Below, one piece after another: positions 1 through 13,400 of a stretch of DNA of 64,000 nucleotides. The notes under the pieces are model-generated. The model ran no database searches and had not been told where the DNA came from. It worked only from the letters and a program-made list of their open reading frames with translations. This stretch comes from Lingula anatina (Eukaryota; Animalia; Brachiopoda): assembly GCA_051362555.1 (NCBI GenBank), contig CM120647.1:17584651-17648650 (forward strand), in the 5' to 3' direction. Position numbers and translations under genes: made by a program. How positions within the stretch are numbered: the stretch's first letter is position 1; each line of letters begins with the position of its first letter.

Positions 1-16
1 ATTCCTAATTTAACAG

Positions 17-205
17 CATCATGTGGGACTCCCCCAAGTGTGACAGGAGCGACATTTTCACCAGCTGTAGGTCCTTGGGTAGAGGGCGCTGTAGTCACTT
101 ACAGTTGTAACGTTGGTTTAATACAAGCTAATGGTACAAGCACCACTGCTACTTGTACCAATGGTGCTTTTCAATGGGGCACCGGTGGTGCTCTAGTTTG
201 TCAAG
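17..205 (+). CDS. CCP exon 1
   Basis: 189 nt, AG/GT, SCGTPPSV..ALVCQ. Confidence 0.88.
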
Positions 206-3200
206 GTGATTAATCTATTGTTTATTATCTTGGTGAAATAATGGAGTGTTTGATTTAGTATTTTATAAACTCTAATAATTTATTTATAACTCTGCTTGCC
301 AGGGTTGATGAACATTAACTGCTTTGGCTTTGTTTATACATGTACTCATTTGAAGCTTTGAGATGTCACTGACACGTGTTAGTATCACTGACAGGTATTT
401 TACATGGACAATTATTTTTTTTTCTTCTCCTATGAGCCAAAGGAAAAAAAATCACCTATTTTTATATTTATGTAGCATAACTAAGACCAATTGTTCATTT
501 ATCTTAAGCTCCTTGTTCTGCCCCGCCCTCCATCACTGGAGCCTCTTTCTCACCAGCTGTTGGCCCATATCTAGAGGGAGCCACAGTCACATATACATGT
601 ACTGGTGGTCTTGTTCAAGCCAGCGGCACCAGTCGTACAGTGAGATGTACTGGTGGTGCCTTTTTATGGGTAGGAGGGGCTGCACTAACTTGTCAAGGTA
701 AAAAGAATACATGCCAGAAGATATATAATATTTGGATGTAATGGCATGGTTATAAAGGCAGTTAAATTTTCCACATTTGTATTGGATTTATAAACATTAA
801 GAAGGTTAAACTTTTGCTTCATGATGTAACTTAAAATAAATATGTAACCTAGGTGTTGAAAGGGTTCATCAGAAGCTTTTAAATAAAAATCTAGATTTTT
901 TTTCGCGTTTTAGCTGCATTGTTTATATATATAATGTTTACATCACTATTACATGCATTGTATTTTATGTTGAACCAAAAAAAAAAAAGTAATGCATTTT
1001 TATTTATATGTAGCATAATAAAGAAAATTTGTTCATTTACCTTAAGCTACCTGCTCTGCCCCGCCCTCTGTCACTGGAGCCTCTTTCTCACCAACTGTTG
1101 GCCCATATGTAGAGGGAGCTACAGTCACATATACATGTACTGGTGGTCTTGTACAAGCCAGCGGCACCAGTCGTACAGCAAGGTGTACTGGTGGCGCCTT
1201 CTTGTGGGTAGGAGGGACTGCACTGAATTGTCAAGGTAAACAGAATGCAGGCTGGAAGATATGTAATTACCTCTGCTAAGGAGGTTATGTTTTTGGTTCC
1301 GTTAGTTTGTCTGTCTGTCTCTCTGTCTGTTAGCAACATTACAAAAAAGTTATGGACCAATTTTGATGAAATTTTCAGGAACTGTCAGAACTGGGCCAAG
1401 GAACAGATGATTAGTTTTTGGTGGTGATCCGAATCATTAATCAATCAATAATCAATAATCATAAATCAAAAAACTAAATCATTATAGAATGAAAATTTAG
1501 GGGTGAAACGGCATTGGAAGGAGACTTTGCTGCCTTGGCAGAGGTCTGCGCTCTTGGAGTGCTTTTCTAGTATTTATCATGTTTTAGTATGGCTAGTAAA
1601 GTGTAATAGCATATGGTCATAAAGGCAGTTAAATTTTCAACATTTGTATTGGATTTATAAACATTAAGAAGATCAAACTTTTCCTTCATGATGTAACTTA
1701 TATAAGTAATAAAGAAGATGGATCACCCTAAAGAGTAACAATTTTCATTTTTCAGCATCATGTGGGACTCCCCCAAGTGTGACAGGAGCAACATTTTCAC
1801 CAGCTGTAGGTCCCTGGTTAGAGGGTGCTGTAGTCACTTACAGTTGTAACGCTGGTTTAATACAAGCTAATGGTACTAGCACCACTGCTACTTGTACCAA
1901 TGGTGCTTTTCAGTGGGGCACCGGTGGTGCTCTGGTTTGTCAAGGTGATTGATTTTAAATAATCTTAAGCTTAGTATGAAGAGATATATATATCTGCCTA
2001 TGTAAGCTAGAATTTAATTAGGTGCTCTGCATGTAACAAAATACAACTAAATACATGTATATGTACAGGTTTTTTATTAAGTCAAAAAAAATAGATTTAA
2101 AATTTCTAATTTTTAAGGTAAAATTTGTCTTCTTATTTATGAGCTTATGTAATCTTCCAGACTATCAGTACTTAATCATGATTTACAGTAAGCTTTTTTT
2201 TTTATATTTTCAGCTACATGCTCAGCCCCATCCTCCGTCACTGGAGCCTCTTTCTCACCAACTGTTGGCCCATATCTAGAGGGAGCCACAGTCACATATA
2301 CATGTACTGGTGGTCTTGTTCAAGCCAGCGGCACCAGTCGTACAGCGAGGTGTACTGGTGGCGCCTTCTTGTGGGTAGGAGGGGCCGCACTAACTTGTCA
2401 AGGTTGGTAACTTGACAGTAAAGAAATAAGTAGTTAGAAAAGTAATGATCTGTTTTGTGTTCAAATAATGGCAGTGCAAACCTATGGTCTTTGCAGGTAA
2501 ATTTATTTCAGTGTATGTGTAATTGGACAAAAAATAATGCATCAGGGTAGTAGAAAATCAACTAATTTTAAAATTAATTAGTTTTGTCAATTTTGATATC
2601 AATATATTTTTTATACCGTAATTTAATTCTGAGGTGACAGTTACATGCCTTTCTTAAAGAGATTTTACCAATCATTAATTTTCAATTTAAAAAAATCCAT
2701 TTTTCAGCAACCTGTGCAGCAGCTCCTGTGGTTGCTGGGGCAACCCCATCCCCAGCGTCAGGCCCATATGTAGATGGCGCCAGGGTCACATATAGATGTA
2801 ACAGTGGTTTGATCCAAGTCAGTGGTACCAGTAATACTGCTACCTGCACCAATGGGGTATTCCAGTGGGGCACTGGTGGTGCTTTTGTGTGTCAAGGTGA
2901 TTATTCAGAGAATTAATCAGTCGCAAAATATATATTTTTAGACTTTACAATAATGTTGAAAGCAAATTAATTGGGATTTCAAACTTTTTTTAAGCTGTAT
3001 TTTGTAAGTCATTATTTTGACACTTATAGAATAAATAGATGCATATATTTTTAGATATTTTTTCTAAAAAAATATTCACCAACTACTATGCATACATAGC
3101 TCATTCCTTATGAGCTTAAGAGTCTGAACAATTTTTGTAAAATAAACATCCTCACTTTCAGCCACATGTCAGAACCCTCTGGCTGTCAGTGGAGCTACCT

Positions 3201-4002
3201 TCACGCCATCTACAGGACCCTACAGTGAGGGTTCCGTTATCACGTACTCCTGTAATGGAGGCTTCGTCCAGACCAACGGCACCAGTACTACTGCAAGGTG
3301 CACCAATGGCATTTTTGTTTGGGGCACAGGTGGTGCCATCTCTTGTAGAGGTAAGTTGAAAGTTGAGGAACTCCTTCAGTCAGTTTTTCCTTGGATTGAA
3401 TAGCCAAAGCACTGGGACTAGTGTTTGTTCAGTTTTTCTTCTTTCCCTTTTTTTCTTGACTAAATTTGATGGACCAGAAATTGTTCCCAGAATATCTATT
3501 TACTAGTACATTGCAAAGTTGTGTTATGTTATAATGAAGTGTCTATCTTCAGACTGACACTTCAGAAGTTCGCGTGTTTATAAATATGCAGTAAGACAAT
3601 GAAGCTGTGTCATTTTGTGTGAGCGTATGAGTGCGTGAGTATGTGTGTGTGTTTCTGTGTCTGTCAAACAAAAGGTGGTCAAAAACCATTATAATATTTG
3701 TCCCCCCCCCCAGGTATCTGCCCCAGTCCTCCCAGTGTAAACGGAGCAGCTTTCAGTCCCCTGAAGCAACAGTACACAGAGGGCGATGTCCTGACCTATG
3801 TCTGCTCGTCAGGATTCACTCCAACGTCTGGCAGCAATAGAGCCACGTGTACAAACTCTGCCTTTGCTTGGGGTGCTGATGGCGCCCTCTTCTGTGCAGG
3901 TAAGCCGAAGATGATGATGATGATGATGATAACATTTTTACAGCACTTGCTTTTTAACAACTGACTGCTTTATTGTTTCTCTAACATAATCATCATCATC
4001 AT

Positions 4003-4067
<65 letters not shown>

Positions 4068-4447
4068 CAACAACTAATATGGATGAATAGCTACATGAGT
4101 GGAAAAATGTAATTTGCTCTTGTTTTAATAAAAAAGTAACTTTTCAAATTAATGAACCACTTCCAGCCAACTGTCCTAGCCCTCCTACCATTCAGGGAGC
4201 ATCCATTACTACAAATTCAGCAACATTCACTGAGGGAGCAGTTGTTGATTACACGTGTAACTCTCCTGGCTTTGTACAGGTGAACGGCACTAGTTCTCGT
4301 GCCACGTGTTCTAACAGTACCTTTATCTGGGGAGCTGGAGGCCCCATTGAGTGCCAAGGTGTGTTAGAGTATTAGGGTAGTTTAACTTTGACTGAGGAAA
4401 TCCTGGGTATGTGTTTTAAATTGCATATGCTTGCATGTGTGCTTGTT

Positions 4448-4488
<41 letters not shown>

Positions 4489-7400
4489 ATTCATATTAAT
4501 AAACACATGAAACAGAGAGAGAGAGAGGAAAAAAGACTGAGATAGAGTGAGAGAAAGAGATAATTAAAAAAGTGAATTAAAACCATGTGTGTTTTGACAA
4601 TTAATTTAAAAGTAAACTAGTCAAAGCATGAGCTGAAAAAGGTGCATTTGTATGCATAATCAAAATTTTGTCTTGATTATCATATAATTAATACAAAAAC
4701 CTAACTGTAACAGAAGAATAACTTCTTTTTTAATGTGCTATGTAGTTATTAATGCTTTAAGTAACACTTTAAGCAGCATGTAAAATAACTTGATCTCTGT
4801 ACATGAAGTAGTAGCTGGTAATGAATATTTACACATTGTTCCATATAATAACCATATTCAGTGTGGTATTTTAGGACTTATTTCACTTCTTTGGGGCAAG
4901 CTACAAGAAAGAATGAAGCCTCTTCCCTCAGGCCCTTTTATGTGACTTTTTTTTGATTAATTTTAACATGATATGGTTCAGACAGTGCAATATAATATTT
5001 ATAAACTATTAAATTTTTGTGCCGCAGCAACTTGCTTGACAGCGCCAGTGGTTGCCGGGGCCACCGTCACCCCGGCACAAGGGTCTTATGTCGAGGGAAG
5101 TGTACTGACATATGCCTGTAACAGCAACTACCGACAGGTCACCGGAACCAGCACCACCGCTAGATGCACCAATGGTGTCTTTGTCTGGGGAACTGGTGGT
5201 GCCACCAGGTGTCAAGGTACGGGATTACACTCTTTGCTTTTTCCTTTTTATTTCAATATCTGATTGTCTGTAATTATAACTTTTTGGTGATTCTTCATTT
5301 TAGGTAGTGCAAACGCCATTTTCATTAAGGCCACTGTCTGTTTTTTTACCACTAGATATTATAATCATGCTATAATTTCTTTTAGCTGAAATGTTTTTAC
5401 ATTATCATGATTTTTTTAGCTTTATGTCAGAGCCCACCAGAGGTGGTTAATGCAGGGTTTGTCACTCAGGCCTCAGGACCTTTCATAGAGGGCGACACTG
5501 TGACATACGCTTGCACCACTGGGTTTGTCCAGACCAGTGGCTCGGCTTCGGTCAGATGCACTAATGGCACATTTGACTGGGGTGTGGTCGGGAGCATGGT
5601 GTGCCAAGGTTAACATTGATTTTGAATTATCTTTAAATTTTAATTTTTTTTTCTCATGTGATTACTTACTAATGCCTGTCTGTGGTCATGCATATTAAAA
5701 TGTTTAGAAGTATTGAGCTTTTTAACCTAATGGTTGCAATAAAATGTTCATGCTTAATTTTGTTATTATTACAAACTATATTAACCCAGAAAGATGTTAA
5801 ACTTGAATTAATCACAAGTTGCATTAAATGATTTAAAACTGAAAAACAATAACAGCAGCCTACAAAAGAACATAAAGCAGCCTAAAATAGCTCATAAAAA
5901 ATGCATGCGATCCAAAGTAACAAATATTATATCAACATTTCCAGCATCATGTAATAGTATCCCAGAAGTCCAAGGGGCGAGTTTTAATTCGTCTGCAGCT
6001 TCGCCCTATGTCAGTGGAGATGTACTGACCTACAGTTGTAATACTGGTTATATACAAACAAGTGGGAGTTTGACTGCACAGTGTCAGAATGGAAGTTTTG
6101 TATGGGGTATAGATGGCGCTCTTGTCTGTCAAGGTGGGCTTTAACATTGTGGCTTTTTCTGACTTGCTTTATATTGCTGTAGTTTAAAGATAATGATAAG
6201 AAAAAATGACAAGATCTGTGTGGCACTGACATGCGATAAATTTATAATGTTGTTTGTTTTAACAAAAAATGTGTAAGCATTATTAACATGTCATGTACAA
6301 GAGCTTTTTGTGTGTTAACACTTGCCTGCAAATGTGTAACTAAAATATGTTATATTTCATAACACAATTATATATCTTTATTCTTTTAATGTGGTATATA
6401 AGAATGAAAAATATGACACATGACAACTGCTTATGAACTAGTCACTGTTAAAAAGACATGCTGTCTTGTTGCAGCAGTCCAAGCCCTGGTCATTGTGGTA
6501 GTTGTGATTGCATTAGGTTTGATTGTGCAGGGTTGTGATTGCCCTACATGCAATTGTGCTAGGTGTGATTATGCTGGTTGTGATTGTGTTGGTTGTGATT
6601 CTGTAAAATAATTGTGTTAGGTTGTGATTGCACAAGCTGTAATTGAATTGTGGGTGATTGTGTGGGGTGTGATTATTCTTAATCACTATTGCACAAATTG
6701 TGCCTATTTTAGCCACCTGTGCCCAGGGTCCTCCGACCGTCCAGGGAGCCTCTTTCAATCCGGCCACTGGTCCATACCTGGAGGACAGTGTGGTCAGATA
6801 CGCCTGTCAGTCTGGCAATACTCAGACAGGGGGCAGCACTGCAGCCAGATGTAGAAATGGTGTGTTCACCTGGGATGCACCTGGAGTTTTGAACTGTACA
6901 GGTGAGTAGGTACAGAGCTGTCAGCGTGACATTAACATGACTGTGCTTCAACAGTTCATAGCTTAAGAAAGTATGATAATGCTTTGTCGCAAGGAGAGGT
7001 TTATTTGTTAATATTTGCTGTGTCATTGTAGGTATTAGGAAGTTTATATACATTTAATGCACATATTTCTTAAATTGTGAAAAGCTTTTTTTATTGAATT
7101 TATAAGGACAATATTTTTGTTTAAATTACAAAGTTTGTGTCTCATCTTGCCTCAGTATCCTGCACAGTGCCACCTACTGTCCAGAGAGCAGACTTCTCAC
7201 CTGATCAGGGCCCATACCTAGATGGCACCGCAGTCACCTACGCTTGCTCAGGAAGCAGTGTCAGGACCTCTGGCAGTGATGTGGCAACGTGTCAAGATGG
7301 GAATTACGTCTGGGGATCTGGAGGGGCACTTGTTTGTGAAGGTACAGTGGGGTACCGCCGGGTGCAAAAATCTGAACGAATTTTTTTCATCTCAACCTCT

Positions 7401-10400
7401 ACTGACATTTCACATTTGTGATTTTCTGATGAAGGATGCTTCTTTGATAGCCCACTGATGGCTTGTTGGATTTTTGTCTGAGTTCTGCTGTATTACTCTT
7501 AAAATGTATTTGTCATTGTGTTTTAATGCAGTATAAACTAAAAATTATTTCCATCCTTACAGCTGGTTGCCCTGGAGACACTCCTAATGTAGCGGGGGCA
7601 TCACATTTCCACGTAGGGACTTACACAGAGGGCGCCAGGGTCACATACTTCTGTCTCAATGGCTCCACCCAGACTGGAGGTAGCAGTTCTGTAATCTGCC
7701 GAAATGGAAATTTTGTCTGGCAGAATGGCCAACCCATTATATGTCAAGGTATTTGGAAATATTTTCATTTATTTTAAGCAGTTGTTCAGATTCCCAATTT
7801 GAAAGTTAATCCAGGATAGAGACATCAAAAAGTTACAAAAATTATATTAGTTGATCACAGATTGAGAATTACAAATACTGAAGTTGTATAACTTTCCCTG
7901 ACAGAATATGCATATCTTTAACATCTTCAAGATTTCTAATCACATGAAGCATCACAATTAATGCATTACATTTTAGTAAAATATGCCATGCTCAATAATT
8001 GGGCATTCATTTAAATAGCTAAATATATTTTGGTTATTGTGCGGAAATATAAGGTTAATTTATTAATGAAAAAGGAGAGAAAGCATAAAAAAATTAATTA
8101 TCATCCTGAACAAATATTTGAACCCAAGCAAACTTACAAAAATCTCTTTCAATTTTTCCCAGCATCCTGTGCTAGTGGACCCCCAATAGTTGTTGGAGCT
8201 TCTTTCACGCCTGCCCAGGGACCATATATAGATGGCAGCACTGTTACTTATGCCTGCGGTTCGGGCTTTGTTAAGACTAATGGATCACTGACGGCATCGT
8301 GTAACAATGGAAACTTTGAGTGGGGTGCTGGAGGATCCTTGGTCTGTACAGGTAATGTGGTGTTGAAATTTGATAGCATCACATCTAACACAATCTAGGG
8401 TCACATCTGACACAATCTAGGGTCACATCTAACACAATCTAGGGTCACATCTAACACAATCTAGGTCACACAATTAATGTCTTATATAAGATAATTTAAT
8501 CTCATGCCTACCTACTGCCTGCCAATTTGACCAACAACGATTACCCAGTATAGTCATTCTCAATTTAGATTCAAACAACTGACTTGATATATGAGAACGC
8601 ACCCTGTACATCACACCCAGACACAATCATATTTGAGGTATTCACATTCAGACGCATTCACTATCTCTGTACTGCAACCTTTTTCATGATAAACAGCAGC
8701 AGATAAAGTTGTCATGGAGATCAGATAAATATTTTTGATGCATATGAAGCTCTTATAGCTTGAGCATATTTAAAACAAAACTATGAAAAACTATACATGA
8801 AATCGTCTCACTTCTACAGTTTTAGAAAGTTTTCAATTGCAGTTCATTGTTATATGATGGATTTGATTATTAATATATTTTATTTTCTTCCTGTTCAGCT
8901 GGCTGTCCTCTGAGCCCCCCTACTGTCGCTGGGGCAAGAATACTCAATCCAGTGTCGGTGCACACAGAGGGCAGCACTGTCAACTATGCTTGTCTTGAGA
9001 ACTACATAAATACAGGGGGCAGCACTAGTGCAGTGTGCAGAGGTGGCACTTTTGTATGGCAGAATGGGCAAGCTATATCCTGTGAATGTAAGTCTTTGTT
9101 GTTTTGATTTAAAAGATATGTAATAGTAAAAATAATGATAAACATAACATGGTTATCATTATGGAAAACTCATATTATATTGGGGCATTTAACTTGATTT
9201 ATTGAAATAGGTCAATTATAGTTTTTAAGGTTAAAAACATTGAATTGCACATTTTTATCTCATTGTTAGCTGGGCAATATGTAAGATTTATGTATGAATA
9301 CACATGAATTGATAAAAATAAGTTATCAATTATAAGGTTGAATGTTTTTCAGTGGGTTGTGCTGAGCGTCCACCAAATGTCACAGGTGCTTCCTACAGCC
9401 CAGCCACAGGTCACATTCATCAGAACGAAGTCATAACGTACTCCTGCATGGCCGGATACGTGCAGACAGCGGGTTCCAATACAGCGACTTGCGTCAATAG
9501 TAATTATGTATGGACCAATGGAGCTTTAGTGTGTTCATGTGAGTTTTGTCTTATTAGTCAACATAAAGTTATATGTTGTCTTAATTTTTCCAGGGAAAAA
9601 GTTTTCAGCATGTAGTGCAGCTATTGGATGGTACAACAGAGACAGATGATTTTTTGGCCTTTGTATGAATAAAAGTTGTTTGATGTTTATAGATACAGTA
9701 GAATGCATGATAAAAATATTTCAATTTTTAGTATTATGTACGTTAATGTTTGTGATGTGTGCTTTTATAATAAATTAACCATGCATAATTTTTGTAGCAC
9801 TTACTCTTCTGTGTGTAGAATTGTGAAAATTGCTTCTTTGATAAAACTTTAGTTTAATTTAAAATAATTAACACCAGAATTATAGAAATAACACAAAAAA
9901 ATTGACTTTGTTGTGCTGTCTGGTTTGTTTAGTGGGTTGTTCTGATCCTCCAAAAAATGTCATTGGGGCGTCATTTGGGCCAGAGATAGGTCCGTACCAA
10001 CAGGATGATGTTGTTACCTTTGCTTGCATGGAGGGATATGTTCATACCTCTGGATCTGTTACTGCTGTTTGTGATAACGGGACATTTGTTTGGACAAATG
10101 AAACAATTGTCTGTCAGCGTAAGTCTATTCATTAACATTATTTCTGCCTGTGGGATGTAACTTGAATTATGCGAACAACGCACATGTTCTAGGACAACTA
10201 TTCCATGATAAAAGCAATAGTGCAATCTGCTATTGGTGGCCATTTTGGTTTTTTCAAGATATCCAACATCTAATATTTCTTTGAACGTTATTCTTTACCT
10301 TGTCCAAATTAGTAAAAGTGAACAGTTTGTCCCTTTCTTGCATGATGTTGCTAGGCAAAGTAGCATAAGAGAGCCAATCAAATAACAAATTTCTGAGACA

Positions 10401-13400
10401 TCTTGTGCTCTGTTTTAACATTGCACTGTACTAGATGTAGTATTTACATTGAATAATTTTTTATAGAATAGGGCCTATGTTATTTTTCATGATGCAGCAT
10501 GTTTTTTTTTTTAATTAACTTAAAAAGGTTTAATACACTAGCAATATTTAGAAAAGAAATGCCTTTATTTAGAAGCTTTGTTCTAATTCATTTTTTGTGT
10601 GCTTAGCTGGATGCGCAAACTCTCCACGAAGTATTGTGGGTGCATCGTTCACCCCAGAAATTGGCCCTTACCTCCAAGATGATGTTATAACATATGCATG
10701 TGCGGAAGGTTACGTACAGACATCTGGCTCTAGTACGGCTACATGTGATAACACCACTTATGTGTGGACTAATGAAGCTATTGTTTGTGAACGTAAGTCA
10801 GATTAACCCTTAATGAATAAATAATTTGTTTGTTAGTTTTAGAACATTTTAAATATAAATTGCTTATCACTGATGTGCATGTTTTAGTTGCTTTGTAGCA
10901 CTATTGCTTGTAGTATATTAGCTAATATATGTGCCAATTTTTCAAATTGAGAAGTTTTTGGGAGAATTTAGTCAGAATTTGCTTTTAAACAGTTGAAGCA
11001 CCTATCTGATTACACATTTAAAATGAGACACTTTCTTTGTGCTTAGCTGGGTGCGCAGACTCTCCACCGAGTGTTGTGGGTGCATCATTCACCCCAGAAA
11101 ATGGTCCCTACCAACAGAAAAATGTTATAACGTATGCATGTGCAGCAGGTTATGTACAGACATCTGGCTCTAATACTGCTACTTGTGATAACACTACTTA
11201 TGTGTGGACTAATGAGGCTATTGTCTGTAAACGTAAGTAAAACTAATTTTACAGCAAAAAGCTGGTTTGGTAGTTTCAGAACTTATATTTTTTAGAATAA
11301 ATTGCTGGTTATTAATGTGCTTTTTTAGTTGCTTGATAATGCTTTTACAGGTAGTTGGGGTACAGTCGACTGCCTTTTCATGCTTATAATTTGAAAAGTT
11401 TTTGCAGATCCAAATTAAAAAAAGGGTTCATAAGTGTTGAGACACTTTTGTGATCACATGCTAGTTAAATATCAATTTTTAATGTGCTTAGCTGGGTGCG
11501 CAAACTCTCCGCCGAGTATTGTGGGTGTGTCGTTCACACCAGAAAATGGCCCCTACCTCCAGGATGATGTTATAACGTATGCATGTGCGACAGGTTACGT
11601 GCAGACATCTGGCTCTAGTACGGCTACATGTGATAACACCACTTATGTGTGGACTAATGAAACTATAGTTTGTGAACGTAAGTCACACTTAGTCTGAAGA
11701 AAGACATTTTTGTCAGTTTTAACAAGTTTTTACATTAATTTTAGAATTGTTTTCACTTAAAACTATCTTGCAGTAGTCTAATACACTAATAATATCTAGA
11801 AATGAAATTAAGAGTAAGGTGCATTGCTAAACCCGAATACTTTTTCTAATGTGCTTAGCTGGTTGTGCAAACTCTCCACCAAGTGTTGTGGATGCATCGT
11901 TCACCCCAGAAAACGTCCCATACCTCCAGGATGATGTTATAACGTATGCATGTGTGGCAGGTTACGTGCAGACATCTGGCTCTAATACTGCTACATGTGA
12001 TAACAGCACTTATGTGTGGACTAACGAAGCAATTGTTTGTGAATGTAAGTTGGACTAATCCTTAACAAAAAGCTTGTTTGTTAGATTAAGATCTTATTTT
12101 GAGCATAAATTGTTATTGATGTGCATTTTTAGTTGCTTGCTTCTAGTAGTAGTTTAGGTGACAACCATGTATTTTATGTGCTAATTTTCCATGCTTCTGA
12201 CTCAAAAGGTTTTTGGAATATTTTGCTGACCCAAATTTGAAAATGCTTTGCAAGCGTTGTAGTACAAGATAACACACTTTTATAATATAAAACTTTTTCT
12301 AATGTGCTTAGCTGGGTGCGCAAACTCTCCGCCCAGTGTTGTGGGTGCATCGTTCACCCCAGAAATTGGGCCATACCTCCAGGATGATGTTGTAACGTAT
12401 GCATGTGCGACAGGTTACGTGCAGACATCTGGCTCTAATACTGCTACTTGTGATAACAGCACTTATGTGTGGACTAATGAAACAATTGTTTGTAAACGTA
12501 AGTCTAATTCTTAATATAGTTTATGTCTTATTTCAGTATGCTCCTCAATATGCCTTAATATTTTAATTGCTTTATTATTAATATTAGTGCTTGACTAATT
12601 GCTTTAGTGTGCTTTTAAAATAATTGAACCACATTTTTTATTGCGTGACAGTAGCTATAAGTAACCAAACGAGTGCTTTCTAATGGCTGCCTATAAAGAA
12701 TTGTGATCAAACAGTCTGCTTAGATGGGCTGGACTGAGATGGGTTGGAACAGTTTCACTGGATATGTGCAATTAATTGCTGAATTTTCTCATTGCAAATA
12801 TACTAGTAGATGTCAGTGTTCCATAGTTTGTTTGTATTTTTAGTTAACATTTAACATGCAAGTTGTCTTGTTTATACAGTGGGTTGTGCAGACTCTCCTC
12901 CGAGTGTCGTAGGTGCGACATTTACACCACCAACAGGCCCGTACCTGCAGGATGATGTCGTGACGCATGCATGTGTGGAGGGATACGTCCATACAGCTGG
13001 TTCCGTCACGACAATGTGTGATAACAGCACGCATGTTTGGTCTAATAATACTGTAGTGTGTGAACGTAAGTTTTTACAGCATGTGAATAGGAATTTTACT
13101 GATTATTGCTTTTATTAATTGTAATGATAATGTTTATAATGATGATGATAAAACAGGGCATGTAAACATTAAAATAGACGCTTTACTCATTAATTTTTGT
13201 CAGGTAAACAGGATTCTAATGTTACAGTAGTGCTTTTGTACTTGAGCTAGTTTAATATTATTAAGATCAAATTTGATATCTAAATTAACAATGCTTTTAT
13301 TAACTAGCTGGCTTATAAATTGCTGACTTTTTTGACTTAATATTATGCTATTAAACTACCATGTGCTTTTTAACATGTAATTGCAGTAGATATTCTGGGT

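Noticed and set aside
363-2415. Trp/Ser-rich ORFs 363..701, 919..1239 and 2218..2415
   Set aside because: Alternative-frame readings of CCP exons 2, 3 and 5; splice phase and Cys pattern identify the other frame.
10163-10400. Possible minus-strand HINE fragments (also about 45010-45130)
   Set aside because: Only scattered family-like words; termini could not be defined by eye.
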